Below, one piece after another: positions 36,757 through 51,499 of a DNA stretch of 64,000 bases. Numbering within the stretch: the first letter of the stretch is position 1; the number at the start of each line of letters is the position of its first letter. The position numbers and the translations under genes were made by a program. The stretch spans positions 22,506,001 through 22,570,000 of the forward strand of contig OX597814.1 in NCBI GenBank assembly GCA_951406725.2. The letters run 5' to 3'. The notes beneath the pieces were generated by a model. That model was not told the DNA's origin and did not search any database. It saw only the letters and a list, made by a program, of their open reading frames with translations. This stretch comes from Octopus vulgaris (Eukaryota).

Positions 36757-37815
36757 ATCTGGTTGAGTAAAAGTAAGCAACGTTTTGAACCATGAAGTAC
36801 TTGTACGGGATTTTTGCAGTTTTGAATTTTATTTAAACACTTTTTGAAATTGTCTGATAATACAGACATAGACTTGCCCAAATGCATCAATAAATTAACA
36901 TTGATATATTTTTCATCATTGTTACAATCGTATGAAATGGAACTGTCAAAGAGCGATATTCGGGCAATTTTGCTATCCAACTTCAAAAACCTCAAAAAAA
37001 AAAAGGACGTAAAGCAACTGAAATTGCTCGTGATATCAACGAAACGTTTGGTGAGGAAATAGCCAGTGAGTAGTCAGCTGAAAAGGGTTTAAACAATTTC
37101 GCAGTGAAGACCTGAGACTTGAAGATCGTGAGCGTAGTGGACACCCATCTGTCATCGATGACGGTCAATTAAAGACCGTCATTGAGAAAGATCCACGTAA
37201 AACCACTTGATAAGTGGCAAAAGAACTTCAAGTTAGCCAGAAAACCGCCTGCAACCATTTGCATGGAATCGGAAAATCAAAAGCGCTCAACAAAGGGTAC
37301 CACACGATTTGAATGAAAATCAGAAAATGCATAGACATGAAATTTGCTCGTCGCTTCTTCTCCGTAACCAGATCGATTTATTTCTCAACTGTATTGTAAC
37401 TTGCAGTGAAAAGTGGATTCTGTACAATAATAAAAAACGTCCTTCGCAGTGGTTGGACCAACATGAAGCACCTAAAAACCTTCCCCAAACCCGAGCTCCT
37501 CATAAAGAAGGTTATGGTGACTGTTTGGTTGTGTACTGCTGGACTCATCCACAGTAACTTCTTAAAACCCGGAAAAATTATTGCTGCAGAAACATATTGC
37601 CATGAAATTGACAAAAATAAACGAAAAACTGCTACTTATTCGTCCCAGACTGGTCAACAGATGAGGGCCAATCATTTTTCATGACAATGCTCGATCACAC
37701 GTTTCACTAATGGCACCCCAGGAGTTAAGAGAACTTGGCTATAAAGTTTTTCCTCACCCAGCTTATTACCCCAGACCTTTCTCCTACCGACTATCACTTT
37801 TTCAAACACCTTGTT
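36757..37815 (+). mobile_element. Mariner (Hsmar1/cecropia-like) transposase pseudogene, 3'-truncated
   Basis: ATG 36937 MELSKSDIRAILL; LEDRERSGHP; VPHDLNENQK; IVTCSEKWILYNN; HDNARSH; HPAY.PDLSPTDYHFFKHL. Confidence 0.9.
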
Positions 37816-39339
37816 TAAGATTGTAGCGCCTAATATAATAGGGATTTGGTTACCATTCCTAGAAAGTCAAGCGACTGAAGTGAGGCATCCGCGTTGACTT
37901 GTAAAACACCACACTAAGGATTCACGTCTGTGAGACAAAATATTTCCTAGTTAGAATATAAGTATTATAAGTAAATATATTTCAGTAAAATAAACACTAT
38001 TTCGAGATGATAAACAAAAATATGCATTTATGGATACGTCTGTCTTCTTATTTCACTCATGGTACGTTGTTATACCGGCTATGTTTTTATGAGCATTGCT
38101 ATAACTGCATACACTCTATTTTCTGTGGTATAGTGGTATAGTGAATTAAAACTAGACTTAAGCGCTATACATTTTAGAATTAGTAAAGGTATTTAAAATT
38201 CTCACCATTTACATAAACACTTCTGAGCTCATTTGTCATCCAAGTAGCTTTGTGTGCATTAATAACTTTCTTATATTTTCTAATTAATCAATAAATCAAT
38301 AAAGAACCCACATAAAATGCACCTTAAGGGAAGGTGAATTAATTATTACTTCAATAAATTATAAACACATATTAGTTATAGTAAACAAACACTTCTTTCT
38401 TGCTATGATATATTAGAAATAAATATTGAAATAAGATAAAACCTAAATTTGTCTGCACCAAAACAGTGTCGAATATAAACATATCAGTTTAGAGTGATTT
38501 GCTGCATCGTATTTAGAATTTATTAGTTTCCTGCTTAAAGAATTAAGACAACTGCTGTTACATTCCACTATATTAGGCAGTATTTACAGAGAATCAATGA
38601 GTTTTATATTAATGTTTTCTTTGCACTTTGTTTCAGTTGTTCCAACCCATCTTATGTTTTGCAACAGCATCCGTTATTCACGTACAATAAATGAGTATAA
38701 GACGTAGTACTTCTGAACTCATACCAGATGGAGTTAAAATGCTTAAATGCACATTGTTTTAAAATTTTGTTATGTCGTCCTGTATTAGTCTGGTAATATT
38801 TCACTGCTGGTTATTTGTGTTACTGCTAAACTTCTGACCATAAATGAGCACAATGTAAACGGAAATATGGTCGCAGATACACACAGATACACGCATATAT
38901 ACTTACATAAACACATACATATATAAAATTCCACTTACAATGTATTGGTCAACTTGAAGTTACAGTGAAAATAATTTTCCGATGGTGCCACCGATCTAAT
39001 TTAGCATACAAGCGACAAAAAACACTCCAGGCATAGCTTCCCATTATACAACATGTTCATTATTTTTATCATAGTAGGCCGGGGTACGAGGGAGATTTTT
39101 CTTGACATTTCAGTAAGTCGAGTGACCACACCGAGACTCCCTCGTTAATTCGCTAATTAGTCACAGTTTAATTAGCAGAACAAATAGTCTGATTAAAGTT
39201 AATTCAGTATCTGGTTCCTTCTATATTCTAGTTCAAATTCAATCAAATTTCTACCTTTTCGCGACCAGTATAATAAATTATTGCCCGATACAGAAGTTAA
39301 TGCAGTTATGTGCACCGATCATTAATCAATCGGTTTTCT

Positions 39340-39376
<37 letters not shown>

Positions 39377-41780
39377 CAGAATTGCAGAGAAGCTAGAGAC
39401 GAAATATTGATTGGTAGCAATGCGATTATCATAAATCTTCCTGAAATTACGTTTAGATTTATTAGGAGATTAGAATTCTCATAAAAAATTATAGTTTCTT
39501 TTTTATTGAAAATAAGCTGACAACTAAAAAGTTAGACTTGAACTATGAAACTATAAAAGCACACACACACACACACAAAATTCAAATCAAATCAAGAGAG
39601 ATTAAGTTGAACCCAAATTAAGGTATGAAAAAGAAGCTATAAAGAAATCATTTATGTAAAAAGTAAGTAAAATGTTTAAGCTAACACTTGACTTGAAGTA
39701 GTAAATGGTTTGGGTTTGGCAGTTATATTAACTGCAGGCAATTATAAGTTGGTCATTTGAACATACTTTTAGTAACAATCATATTTTTGTTGAATGTCGG
39801 AAAAAATAATCTGGCATATGATTACAAAAATGGTAAAAAAAACAATATAATTTTAAATGGAAAGAACTAGTTCTTGTGAATCAGTGTGCACTGACAGCAA
39901 GATGTGGATGAATCGGAAAATAGAGTAATTGAAGTCAAAGAAAAGCAACAGTGAAGTTCCATAACAGCTTCAAAGTATCTTCATATCCAAAATATTAGGC
40001 TATTTTTGAAACTAACTGAAGAATCCAGTAGAGCGTATATTTTACTAACTGTCAACTTGATGATCGAATGTTTTGTGATAGATCTGTACTTACAAGAGAA
40101 AAAACGGAAACTGTTAAATGTTGAGAGAAATTAATGGAAGAAATCAAATTGGGTGTTAAAAGGAAAAGTAAGATACTGCCAGTTTCTGAAATAGTGATAG
40201 AATTTTAATTTCGTCAGAATTATATTTCTTCAGCTGAAAGAACAGTTTAAGTAGGCACAACCAAAAATAATGTAGTAAACGCTGACTATAACATCTACGA
40301 AAGAATTTAATGTTTTGTAATTGTTCATAAAAATTATAAAACACTGGTCATCGTTTTCAGAAGTGTAGTGCAAGAGGAAGTGCTCTTAGTCTATGATATG
40401 AACAGTAATTTAGATTTTGTTACCACATACTAACTGCATATTAACAATTTAGTGATGGACTGTTGATTCATAAAATATTTCTAATAAGAGCAGATATAAC
40501 TTTTAGTTGGTTGGTAGGTTGGTCAATTCTCCTGTCATGTTTTACATCATATAAAGGCTGAGAGAAAATAAAAAGGAAAGATACATAGAGTTAATATAAG
40601 TGCAAGATATGTGCATATACTAAGCATGGTGCCAGGCAATTAGTAAAGCAACACTCGTCAAATACACAATGAGAGAGAAAAAAGAGATAAGGGAGAAGAA
40701 GGAGGAGAAAGAGAGGGAGTAAATGATAGTTATTGGAGGAATTAAAATTTTGTTGAGATAGGTTTTCGATGGAGCAGTGGTTATGTTGATATAATTTAGA
40801 AGATTAATTATATCTATTTATTGTAAATTTACGAGAAATTTGTTTTGCTTTTTAAATTTCATTTTAGAGTAATTTTTTTTTTCATTCGAAAATTATTGTC
40901 ATTTCATAATTCTATATAAGCACCAATGAATTTAATAAAAGTTACAATAAATTATTGTATATGTATGAAATATTTCCTGGTATTAACAATGGTAGCAAAA
41001 ATATACATCTAGAATTATCTGACATTTACTGATTTGAAAGAAGTTTAACCACCTGGGAAGTATAATACACAATCTTGTTTAAATGGTTTTTAGTCGCGGC
41101 AGACGAAATGATGGGTGTTGAAAGAGATACAGCGGAAGTACTAAATCACTTCGTGAAGCTCGTTTCTACGGATGTCAATCTGCAGAAATGAGAAGTGACT
41201 CGAGGGACAAGCACACCGAACTTTCCTGTCACCATAGTTTGAAAGCTTATCGGAGGACACCCGACATATTTTGTGTGCAATTCTCTTAATCTTGAACGAC
41301 GAAGCCTTCGTCGGGATTCACCGATTTCATTAGGTTTACTTATTGTAATATTTAACATATGTATAAACACCATCTTCTATTAAGCACCATCAACTGATAA
41401 TGACCGTTTATTCTGGCCACAGCACACCGAACTAAGAAATACCTTATCCAAGATATTTTTGGTTTGAATTTTACTGAGCCAAGTGAACTGAAAGCCATCG
41501 TTGATGCAAGATTTGAATCCATAATCTAGTCATTGAAAGTAAATAATAAATGCTCATGCATTTACTAGTTTGTTGTATCGGCTTCCCGAGAATTTAGAAT
41601 TTATTTTGTTTCCTTTTATCTTCAAAGAAGTCTCATAAAAAATTAATAATTAAAATTAATAATTGGTATTGAGTAGGACCTAAATATACTCATATAACTA
41701 TATTTTCTTCTTTGGCTGACGTAATTCCTTTGAATTCAGGACAAGAATCTACATATTTGTTATGTGGAATGAAAATAAAA

Positions 41781-41998
41781 TTACTGATTTCAAATTTTGG
41801 CAGTAGGCCATCAAATTCGGGGGAAGGAATAATTCGATTACATAGATGCCAGAATTCACCTGGTATTAGTTTATCGACGCCAAAATGATGAAAAGCAAAG
41901 TCGATCCCGGTGGCATTTAAATTCAGAACGTAAAGTCGGAAGAAATGCTTCTAAGCATTTTCCCCGGCGCGGTAACGATACTGTTAGCTTGACGCTTT
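41781..41998 (-). mobile_element. SINE family B with 13-bp TSD
   Basis: Flanked by AATGAAAATAAAA at 41768-41780 and 41999-42011. Confidence 0.75.
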
Positions 41999-42011
41999 AA
42001 TGAAAATAAAA

Positions 42012-42192
42012 GTATTAGTTTCAAATTTTGGCAGAAGGCCAGAAAATTCGGGGGAGGGGGTTAAGTCGATTACATCGACCCCAGTGCTCAAATGGTACTT
42101 ATTTTATTGGCCACAAAATGATGACAGGAAATGTCGACCTTGTCGGAATATGAACTCAGAACGTTTTAAAGATGGATGAAATGTCTCTAAGT
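42012..42192 (-). mobile_element. SINE family B (adjacent second copy)
   Basis: taagtcgattacatcgaccccagtgc...gaactcagaacg. Confidence 0.75.
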
Positions 42193-43864
42193 GTAAATGA
42201 TATTTGCACTAAAAATTCACAAAATAATACATTAGTGAGGATTGAATACGATTTAGAAACGACGGTTAAAATTACTATCTTTGAGATTTCGTCCTGAAAA
42301 TTATTAATTCGCACGCAGAATTCTCAAAAACTAACTTATCGTAAATGGTTGTAATAGCAAACATTGTAAATTACTATTATTTGAGCTGGTACAATTAAGA
42401 TTTGTGTTTAGTTGGCTGCAGTCTTGTAATCGTTTTAAACATAAAAACAGATGATAAACAATGTACATAAAGAAGGTCAAGGAAGGAAAGGTCTACTATA
42501 CTTCTTTATACTTCTTTTTGTACTTAGAGGGAAGAACTACAAACAGATCTGCAGGATGTTGCAAAGATTTCAATCGCTAAATAATAGCGCTAGCAAGCAC
42601 AGAATGACACGAGAAAGAAAGACAAAAAAAAAAAAAAAAAGTTGTACAAATGAGTAAACGTCTGAAAATTGTTCATGACTTATTTTTAATGATAGTTAAT
42701 GCTTAGTTTATGACTGACTGAGAATGGCACCATTACCTTTATGCCTTTCGGGAAGAATGTAAGTTATTACTTAGTGTCACTGTATCATTGTATAAACAGA
42801 AAACACAATCTTTAAACGAACAAAGTTTATGTCTTTTCATAAAGCGAGACTTTTTATTTTGACGTTACTCGGAACATAATTAACAAGAGACATTTTTCAA
42901 ATAGAAAACTAAATATGAAGATACATAAATCAACCGACATTATCACTAACTGAAAGAACAACCTTATATACACTTAGTTCAATTATACATGTTGAAGTAT
43001 ATACACATAACATAAGTGTTTACGAAGCTCACTATTAATAAAATTTAAAGTGAGCTAACAATATTGGGAATTTTATGCGGCGGAATTCTCAATTTATGCC
43101 TAAGTGAACGGTATTCATCAACTGATTTTGTGAAAGTAATATGTGAATCTACTATCATAAATTGAGCTAAAGTTGTCGATTGTTGTATATATCACAATAA
43201 TGGAAAAGTGAGGTTATTAGATTTATAAAAGTTAACTTGGAAGTAACCCTTGAAGACAGAATTAGCACCATTCATAACTTCCGGACAACGCAAGTAGGAA
43301 TCTAATAAAGTTATTGCAAAAAAAGTAAATAAAATAAATGAATAAATAAATAGCAGCAAATAGGAAACAAATTCACGTAAAGGTGAAGTGGGATGGCTAT
43401 GCGATATTTGCAAAACAAATTTTCCATATAAGATGGTTCGTTTATTACAATGTATTATGTACAACCTAACAAATATCAACGTTGGCCACTTAAAGCGGCT
43501 ACTTAATCATTTTGTGATGTCGCATTGATCTGTATTTTACAACCATACAAGCTCTACGTTTAGACATTTATATTTCACGGAAAGGAAGCTAATAGTTGAA
43601 GTTTAATTGTTCCAGCATTGCAAGAAATTAAGGCTGTGTAAAAATATTTATTATTTCGGATGAAGATTATATGAAATTTGTTTATTGTATAGCCTAGAAA
43701 AGTCTCTTAATTTAAAAATAGTTTTAGGAAAATAAACATGATTTAATAAAGGAATAAGAGAAACAAAATGGATTTATCATCTTTATAATTTAATAAACAA
43801 CCAGTAAGAACAGTAGAAGTCCACCTTTTATAAATATTCTCATTTCTATAGACATCTCTGTATA

Positions 43865-44340
43865 TATATACACTGCCAATAGCCTAGTTACTGCAGTATT
43901 CGCCCCGAGATATGCGCTGTGCTAAAACTTAATTGATATCAGAGGGAGACGAATATTTATCCCAGCAGTGGCCAAGAGAACTTTAGATCCATTTCGGCCT
44001 ATTTGGGCTTTTTCAATGGCAAGAAATCGCAATCAACATCATACTCGAACAAGAATTTATCATTTCTGAAGAGAAAAAAGTAAACAGAATATTCACTGAT
44101 GTTATGAATAAGTGTTCGACTGAATAAAATCCAGTATACGTAATTGAGGCAGTATTAAATTAAAATGGTCATCTATGTAACATAATAAATGTATACACGC
44201 TGTCTATAGGCCTGTCACTGCGGTATTCATCCCGTGTTAGCACCATCATGGATGCATTGTGCTAAAAGGCTATAAATATCCAAGGGAGACAAAAATTCTC
44301 CCAGCAGTAGCCAGGAAGAACCCTAGATGTATTTCATCCT
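43865..44340. repeat. Two diverged direct copies of a ~140-bp repeat (43865-44016 and 44190-44340)
   Basis: Shared blocks actgc.gtattc, tgtgctaaaa, agggagac, cccagcagt.gcca, tagat.catttc. Confidence 0.7.
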
Positions 44341-44652
44341 CCCATTAGCTATGATTTGTTACAGATATTTTGTCTACCTTAATCTTTAACCTATGTCAAG
44401 CAATTGATTTCCACTGCTAGAGCCCAAATGCTGGCATTTTACAGGGGTCTTGACAGGAATCTTTGACTTCTATTATTTTCATATTATGAGTGATTACTTT
44501 ATTCACCATTTGTATTACTACACTTTTGTGCCATCCACATTTTGTATAACTACTCTTCTTCCAGTCACGTAGTTCTCTTGTCTAAATTCATATACTTTTT
44601 CTCTTTGTCTCATAACCGTACTTATGTTATTTGTGTTTTTTTTATATATGAA

Positions 44653-44708
44653 TGTATGTATGTATGTATGTATCTTTCTTTCTTTCTTCCTTTCTTTCTT
44701 TCTTTCTT

Positions 44709-44791
<83 letters not shown>
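44653..44791. repeat. (TATG)n(TTTC)n(TATC)n tetranucleotide repeats
   Basis: Direct inspection. Confidence 0.95.
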
Positions 44792-44792
<1 letters not shown>

Positions 44793-47700
44793 ATATATTT
44801 TCTCTCTGTTTATTCATATGCTAGTAAACACTAATTTTCGCTCTCTCTACCTCAAAGGACCACATAAAATTAAGTAATTTACTAACGAAATTTTAAAATT
44901 CTACTAAAGTACACTGACTTTGTCACAATCTCCAAAAAATACAGTTACTAACCCTCTATCATGATTTACATTGATTGGAATATCAGATACCAGTTACCTT
45001 ATTTCTGCAAACAAACTGTTGTTCAATTGTCATACCAATAATGCAATCGTGCACTATTCAACTAATTAAGAAATTAAACTCGCCAAAGCAATATTTTTTT
45101 CTAATCGCAAAATTGACATCTTTACTAGGCCATGAACATGTATGCTCAGACATACACGTTCTCCAATGTAACACACGCAAAATCCCTACTTTCAAATATA
45201 AATAAATGAATATAGCACTCCCACTCAAATCAAAAACAAATATCGCCAAAAACAAATATCGCTCTTTCCCCCTCGGAATCAATGAAGATAAATCTGTTTT
45301 AAGAAATCAGAGACTCCTAGGATTGTTAGAACAATAATTTACTTACACAGAACTTTTAGCAGGTTACCAAAACCAATATGAATATTTTATAAAATATAAC
45401 TGCTTAAATGAAAGCGTAAAAGGTGTTGTTCTGATTATATCTGATAATTTAAATAAGGAGTTGGTGATGCACAAATTTAGTTAGAATTGCACTTTAATAA
45501 TGTTAAAATTTGCATAAATTTATTCTCACCGAATAACATCGATATTAACCTATATCATTGGCTAATTTGCAAACAGGAGATGTAAATAAAAAGTACAGGA
45601 CACCTGTCAATATTGTGAAAGCATGCTAAAATCCCATCCTACCAACTTCATTAGGTATTCGTGCCATTCTCTTTGTGTGGTCATGAAACATTTTCCTTGA
45701 ACAGACTTTTCGAGTAGATTGAGTGATGATTTGCAATTTTCCCCTTGTCAGCTCTTGTTCTGTTCGGGTACAAACTGTTGCTTGAAATGATAGTGAAACT
45801 TTGTCACTTGTGTAATAAATGTCACTAACTCAATGACATATTTAGCAGCAGAGATTGACTATGTGGCGCTAGCAATTAATCAGTAAAACCACTCCACCAC
45901 GAAATGCACTTCATGCTGACGGTTCGAATAAAGTAGCCGCAGATAATTCACTATTTTGTTTTTATGCAAATAAGGTAACTTTAATGGAAAATAAAAATAA
46001 TTGCGTTGTTTCGTAAGTTGACTTGTGTGCAATTTCTTTGAATAATTTATGAACTCTATCAGCTCGTCACTGGACAGTGAAGGATTGATTAAAAACTGTA
46101 TTGAATACTAACGTAAGATGGTAGGCGAACGAATGTAGCTTGTTGTTCAGAATAAAGATTTACAGAAGTAGTTTTATTGTGTTGAAAGCAACAAGTATCA
46201 AAAGCAAGGCAACAGTGGCTTTTTAGGAATAAAATGGACAATTTTTAGTATGGATTACCATATCTGAGTTTACGATTAGCATATTAAAGAGAGCAATAAA
46301 TTTTAGATTTAATTCAGCGGTATTAATTTTGATCAAACGCCGGACATTTTACTGACTGGTTTCCTATTATTATTCTAATAGAATACAATGTATAGATATT
46401 TTGTTTCATTTTAATTATACTTTTTAAATATTTACGAAATGTTCACAAAGAACATCGTGTAAATAAAAATAAATTCAAAGCATTTGTTTTAAATATGAAC
46501 ATTGAAATAAATGTACAATATCAAAGGTCGTTACTAATGAAATTACTGGTCATAATATTAATGAACCAATGGCTTAATCTCTACATGGTGGTTTCACCTG
46601 CTAGAAGTAGCAAGCAAATTCCTCTCTTATCATAACATCATGTTGCACAAAAAGATGACATTTCATGTAGTCGTAGATACACTGTACCTGAGATAAAGAT
46701 AACATGACCCTGGGTTTAATAATTTTGATGGCTCAACAACCAAGGTAATTGATTATAATATTTTAAAACTATGGTTCGATTTGTCTCTTTCTGTGTAAAA
46801 TGCATAAAATTAACCTGCTGTGAATAAGAATATTTAACATTCTAATGGATATAAAATACCTTTCATTAAATTACCATCACTTTTAATTTCAAATGAGCGG
46901 TCATTATACCCGTATTTCCAAAAACATTATCACAGGGTAAGATACACGGACATAGAGTAAGACAAACCTTCTCCCAGCCCATTCTTATATACAAAAAATG
47001 CTTGTGATTTCTGAGTCTTATAACCCGTACATTTGGACGTTATTAACAGCACATCTGTTACGTACTAGAGTTCAATTTATCTTATAAGTAGAATGTGTAC
47101 ATTGATGGAGATTACATTTTCCTTGTCATTCATTTCTTTTAAGGCAAGTATCGTCATTTACTTTGTTGGGAGTTTCCGTTCTTCATGAGTCTATGTGTAA
47201 CTTTTGTCCTTTTCACTTTCCAAATTCTTTGACATATAAGACGAAAGATAATTCAATAAAAACAATGGATTCTCGAGACAGAAGATTCCTTGTATGTATT
47301 GGTGAATCTATCGTTCATGGTGATTTCAATGCGCACAAAATTCGCCCGTTTCTTTCTGCACGTTCGTAGCGACTAAAATGTTTGTCATTTTAAATCGTTT
47401 GCATTAGTTAATGGTTTTAACACCATCACTGATTCCTCGGTTCCTGTTGTAATGTTACAGACTTGGAGACCAGTCTGAAGGTAGCATAATTTCTTGATGT
47501 GTTGCTTTTTACACGTTGCAATTCATTTTGCTCCATCAATCACAGAAGTTCTGTATAAATTTCTTCAGCGCTACACTTTGTCCTCTTTTTGAACCATAAA
47601 CAAAGCTTTTCACCTGTCTGCATCTTTTACACTTTCACCAACTCTATAAAAAACTTCGACTAGCTGCAAGACTAGACTCGACAATTTCTTTTCAACATCT

Positions 47701-47949
47701 GCCCTCATAAAATAGTTGAAATGCTAGCAAACCAAAATAATTCATTTCCATTTAACTCTTTCAAACCTTCTGCCTCTAAGCAATCTGGAACTTAGTTAAC
47801 CGATCAGTGAGATTTACATGAATACTATTGGGTGATATATGAGACAAAAAAAATTCACGATTCTTAATTCATTTGCGGCAGTTCATCGAGTAATGGGATA
47901 ATCTTACTTAGCGTGGTTTATCAGATTATTTCCAAACTAAAATAAACCA

Positions 47950-48645
47950 CATTAAATAGTTCGTCATAGACAACCTAGTCTCTTCTCTATCCCAAATCAT
48001 TATATCAGGTCTGCTGTGCTTACATTTTATTAAGGTCTTCACTGGAACATTCCACCAGTACTACTTTTTATCATGAGTTGCTATGGCTTCCGCGATACTG
48101 TGGGTTCTTATTTCTTTGTCTTCGGGGTAATCCTTCCGACGGATTTTATTATAGAGTGTCCTAGCTAGAACATCATGTCTTATTGTTAAATAATACTGTG
48201 ATGATATTTTCGGACAACTGCTTATGATGTTGGTGATATTTTCGGTGTTAGCTCCACAAAGTCTGCATCGGTTGTCACATTTTACTACTTTTCCTGCATC
48301 TCTATTCCTTTTGTGCATCAGGTACTTGGTTGATATTCCTTGTTCCTGGATTGCAAACGCGTACTCATCAAAGTGGGTGGTAGTAATTCTGCTATTGGTC
48401 CATGATAAATTACTTTGATGATCGATGTTACTATCATCTCGGAGCTTTCTACTAACACATCCATGCATAGTCTTCTGCTCATATAGGCTCATCATTTTAT
48501 CTGATGGTACGTTGATGTAGAGTCGTGCGACTTCTTTGGGCACGTATTCTAGGTTATCAGACAAAGTATGTTGCTCAAGAAGTTGTCCTCAATGCCTTAT
48601 GATGTTATCAGCCTCATGTATGGAAACGTGGTCAAGAGATGGACT
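47950..48645 (-). mobile_element. R4/Dong-like LINE C-terminal fragment (CCHC knuckle plus restriction-like endonuclease)
   Basis: FAIQEQ...CRLCGANTENITNIISSCPKI...YLTIRHD, followed by YWWNVPV...HSRPDIMIWD. Confidence 0.85.
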
Positions 48646-49659
48646 TCAGTGTATGAATGTATGTATGTACGTGTGCGTGTGTACGCGTGTTTGTATGTAT
48701 ATATGTGTGTATATATGTATGTATGTGTATGTACGTATGCGTGTGTATATATCTGTATGTATGTGTGTATGCGTATATGTATTTATGCATGTGTGTGTGC
48801 ATGCGTGTGCGTGTGTATGTATGTATGTACGTATTTCAACCTTTTCTTGATCTATAATGAACAAAATTGAGATGTCGAAAAATATTTTGTCGAAAAATAT
48901 TTCCTCGTTTCAAGTTAAAACTTGATCGTAAATGTGACAGGTATACATTAAATTCTGCTTCTTAGAAAGTCAACGCAACATGACAAATATATACCATATT
49001 CCAAGCACACCTCACTCATAACTTTCATTTTCTGATTGAAATAAATTTGAAACGTCCGTCTGTATTTCAATGATAAAATTATCTAACCTTCGCATTGACT
49101 ATTGACATTTGCTTCTAGCTATCACTAATAATGTTAGAGAGAAACACCATGAATACATTTTGTTTCTAATGCAATCATTTCAGATATCAATAAATTGCAT
49201 GCCTACATGCGCACACATATATGCATGTGTATATATTTGTCAATACATATGAGTGTGCCTGTATGCGTGTATGCATGTGTGTATGTGTATATGCATGCGT
49301 GTAATGTAATCTTTTATTCTTTTACGGGTGTCAGTCATTGGATTGAAGCTATGCAAGGACATCGCTTTAAAAAGTATAATTGGTTATATCGACCCTATTC
49401 TTATTTCTACCTGGCTCATATTTAGCAATCTCATTGCCGAACAGTTTCGTTACGGAACATAACGCGGTACAAAATTAATAACAGCCTTTATTATAATGTA
49501 TGATTTGAAATTCTGTAGTATTTTCTCCATTTATTAACATATCATTTATTATTTAATGCTTCGCAGCTTATTTTCTTCCCACTGTGAAGGATACTCGAGT
49601 AAGTAATATGTTTCAGTTGAGTTTGCCTACCTATCATTCAACGTTGGATAATAATTGAA

Positions 49660-50020
49660 AGAGTACAATCGGGAATATAAGCGACCGAGACAGGGTTACT
49701 CCGGAGGAACTCTGGATTACCGTTACTCGAGATAGCCGGTAACTCCGAGATGCGACTGAACCGCTACTTCGCGGCATTGAGAGATCACAGCTTCAGTATT
49801 ATGGAGACGTTATTAGAATATTGCAGGAAATAATCGCATGACGGATTCTTGAAGTAGGAGATCTAGTTGTAGACCAAGCCCGAGAGGATTGAATAATATC
49901 CATAGTCTGAAATGGTCACGTTTTGGGAACCAACCGAAAAGTGTAATGACGGTTGCTTCTGATATGACCCTATGGAGGAAGCACTTAAGATTTCTACCCC
50001 CACGTCCCCACTTCCGAAAA
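49660..50020 (+). mobile_element. RTE-clade LINE 3' remnant
   Basis: EPLLRGIERSQLQYYGDVIRI resembles the RTE C-terminal block (IERSQLRWFGHV.RM); stops present. Confidence 0.6.
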
Positions 50021-51499
50021 TACCGAGCGCAGAAGATGGATGCATAGATGTTATTTTCTTTAACATAATTTAAGCATCTTTAATGTCAACACGTATGTCT
50101 AACACACTGATAGAACGCGTAAACTCGAACTCCAGACAAATTCAATTCAAAACAAATAATGGTAAATTCTATCTTTTGTTCCAAAATGAAGTGCAATGCA
50201 TGCTTTGAATTTTATTCATAACAGCTACGATATAGTGCAGTGGTTCTCAGCCGGGGTGCATATGACCCCTACAAATCCATACAAAATTTTGGAGTACCCA
50301 CACAAGAAATAGTAAATTGGGATCAACAAAAAAAAGTTGCTTTAGATGTATGCATGCGTATGTATTGCAAGAAACAGCTAGGTTTCTTTCTCTAACATTT
50401 TACATTGTTCAACCTACACAAGTTAATGTATGAAAAACAATACAGGACTTTTGAAAGAAGTTTCTATAAAATTAGTTTTTAAACATCGAATGGCTATGGG
50501 GTCTACCAGAATAAAATACTAATCAAAGGGATCCACAGGTAAAAAGTTGTTGACAACCCTTGATATAGTGTGAAAAGGTTCGCATCACCAACAAACAAGT
50601 TAACTGCTGCACAATGAAAAATGATGACAATATGAATAATGAACAAAGCTTTACTCCTCACGTCTCACAAATACAAACTTCATTAAAGGACACAGGAGGA
50701 ACATAACTCTATAGTACATGAATAATTTACAGCTACATCTTTCCTTAAAGAAACTACAACAATTATGCGTATAATATCTGAAGACAGAGTAAACCTGTTA
50801 GAAAAGCAACTTTTAACTCTAGACTACTACAGACTAGGTAAGTTAAGAATATACATTCTTTAAAAAAAATAAATATCAGAATTTGAACTAGAACAGTAAT
50901 AAAAAAGAAAATACACAATAACAATGAAAGCAACGAAGAAAACATTCAAGCTCTAAACATAGAAATTTAAATCACGAAGATAAATCTTGCACACAGGAAA
51001 TAAACAAAATAAAACAAACAATACAATACAAAAATCTATAACATAACTATAGAATATAGAACAACAAGAGCCGAACCCAAAGTACGTCAATAAAAATATG
51101 AACACAAGAATATAAGATCTCTAAGTGAAGAGCTAAAACTGGAATTTATTGAATAAGGCAATACTGAAAAGATTGAGAAGTTAAAGAAGTTAAAATAAAT
51201 AGAAGCTATTCCTACGGACCAATGAAAAACCATCCCAAAATGAAATCTTTGCATTGAAGAAATAACGGTTATAAAACACGCAAACTTGACCTCAGAGGTA
51301 TGCTTAAAAATAAATGCGAACATGAATATTGTCAAGATAAATTAACTAATTTATGCAACAATCATAGTAGTTACAAATGAAACTTGGTCCTTCCTCAACA
51401 TTTCTTTTTTAGAAACTTCTATACACAAACGAACACAGAAAATATTTATGCTGATAAAAATAGAAAATGATATATCTCAAACCTCAATAAAATTAACAA

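Noticed and set aside
47300-47345. IVHGDFNAH motif of an APE-type LINE endonuclease
   Set aside because: Isolated short motif with no supporting flanking blocks
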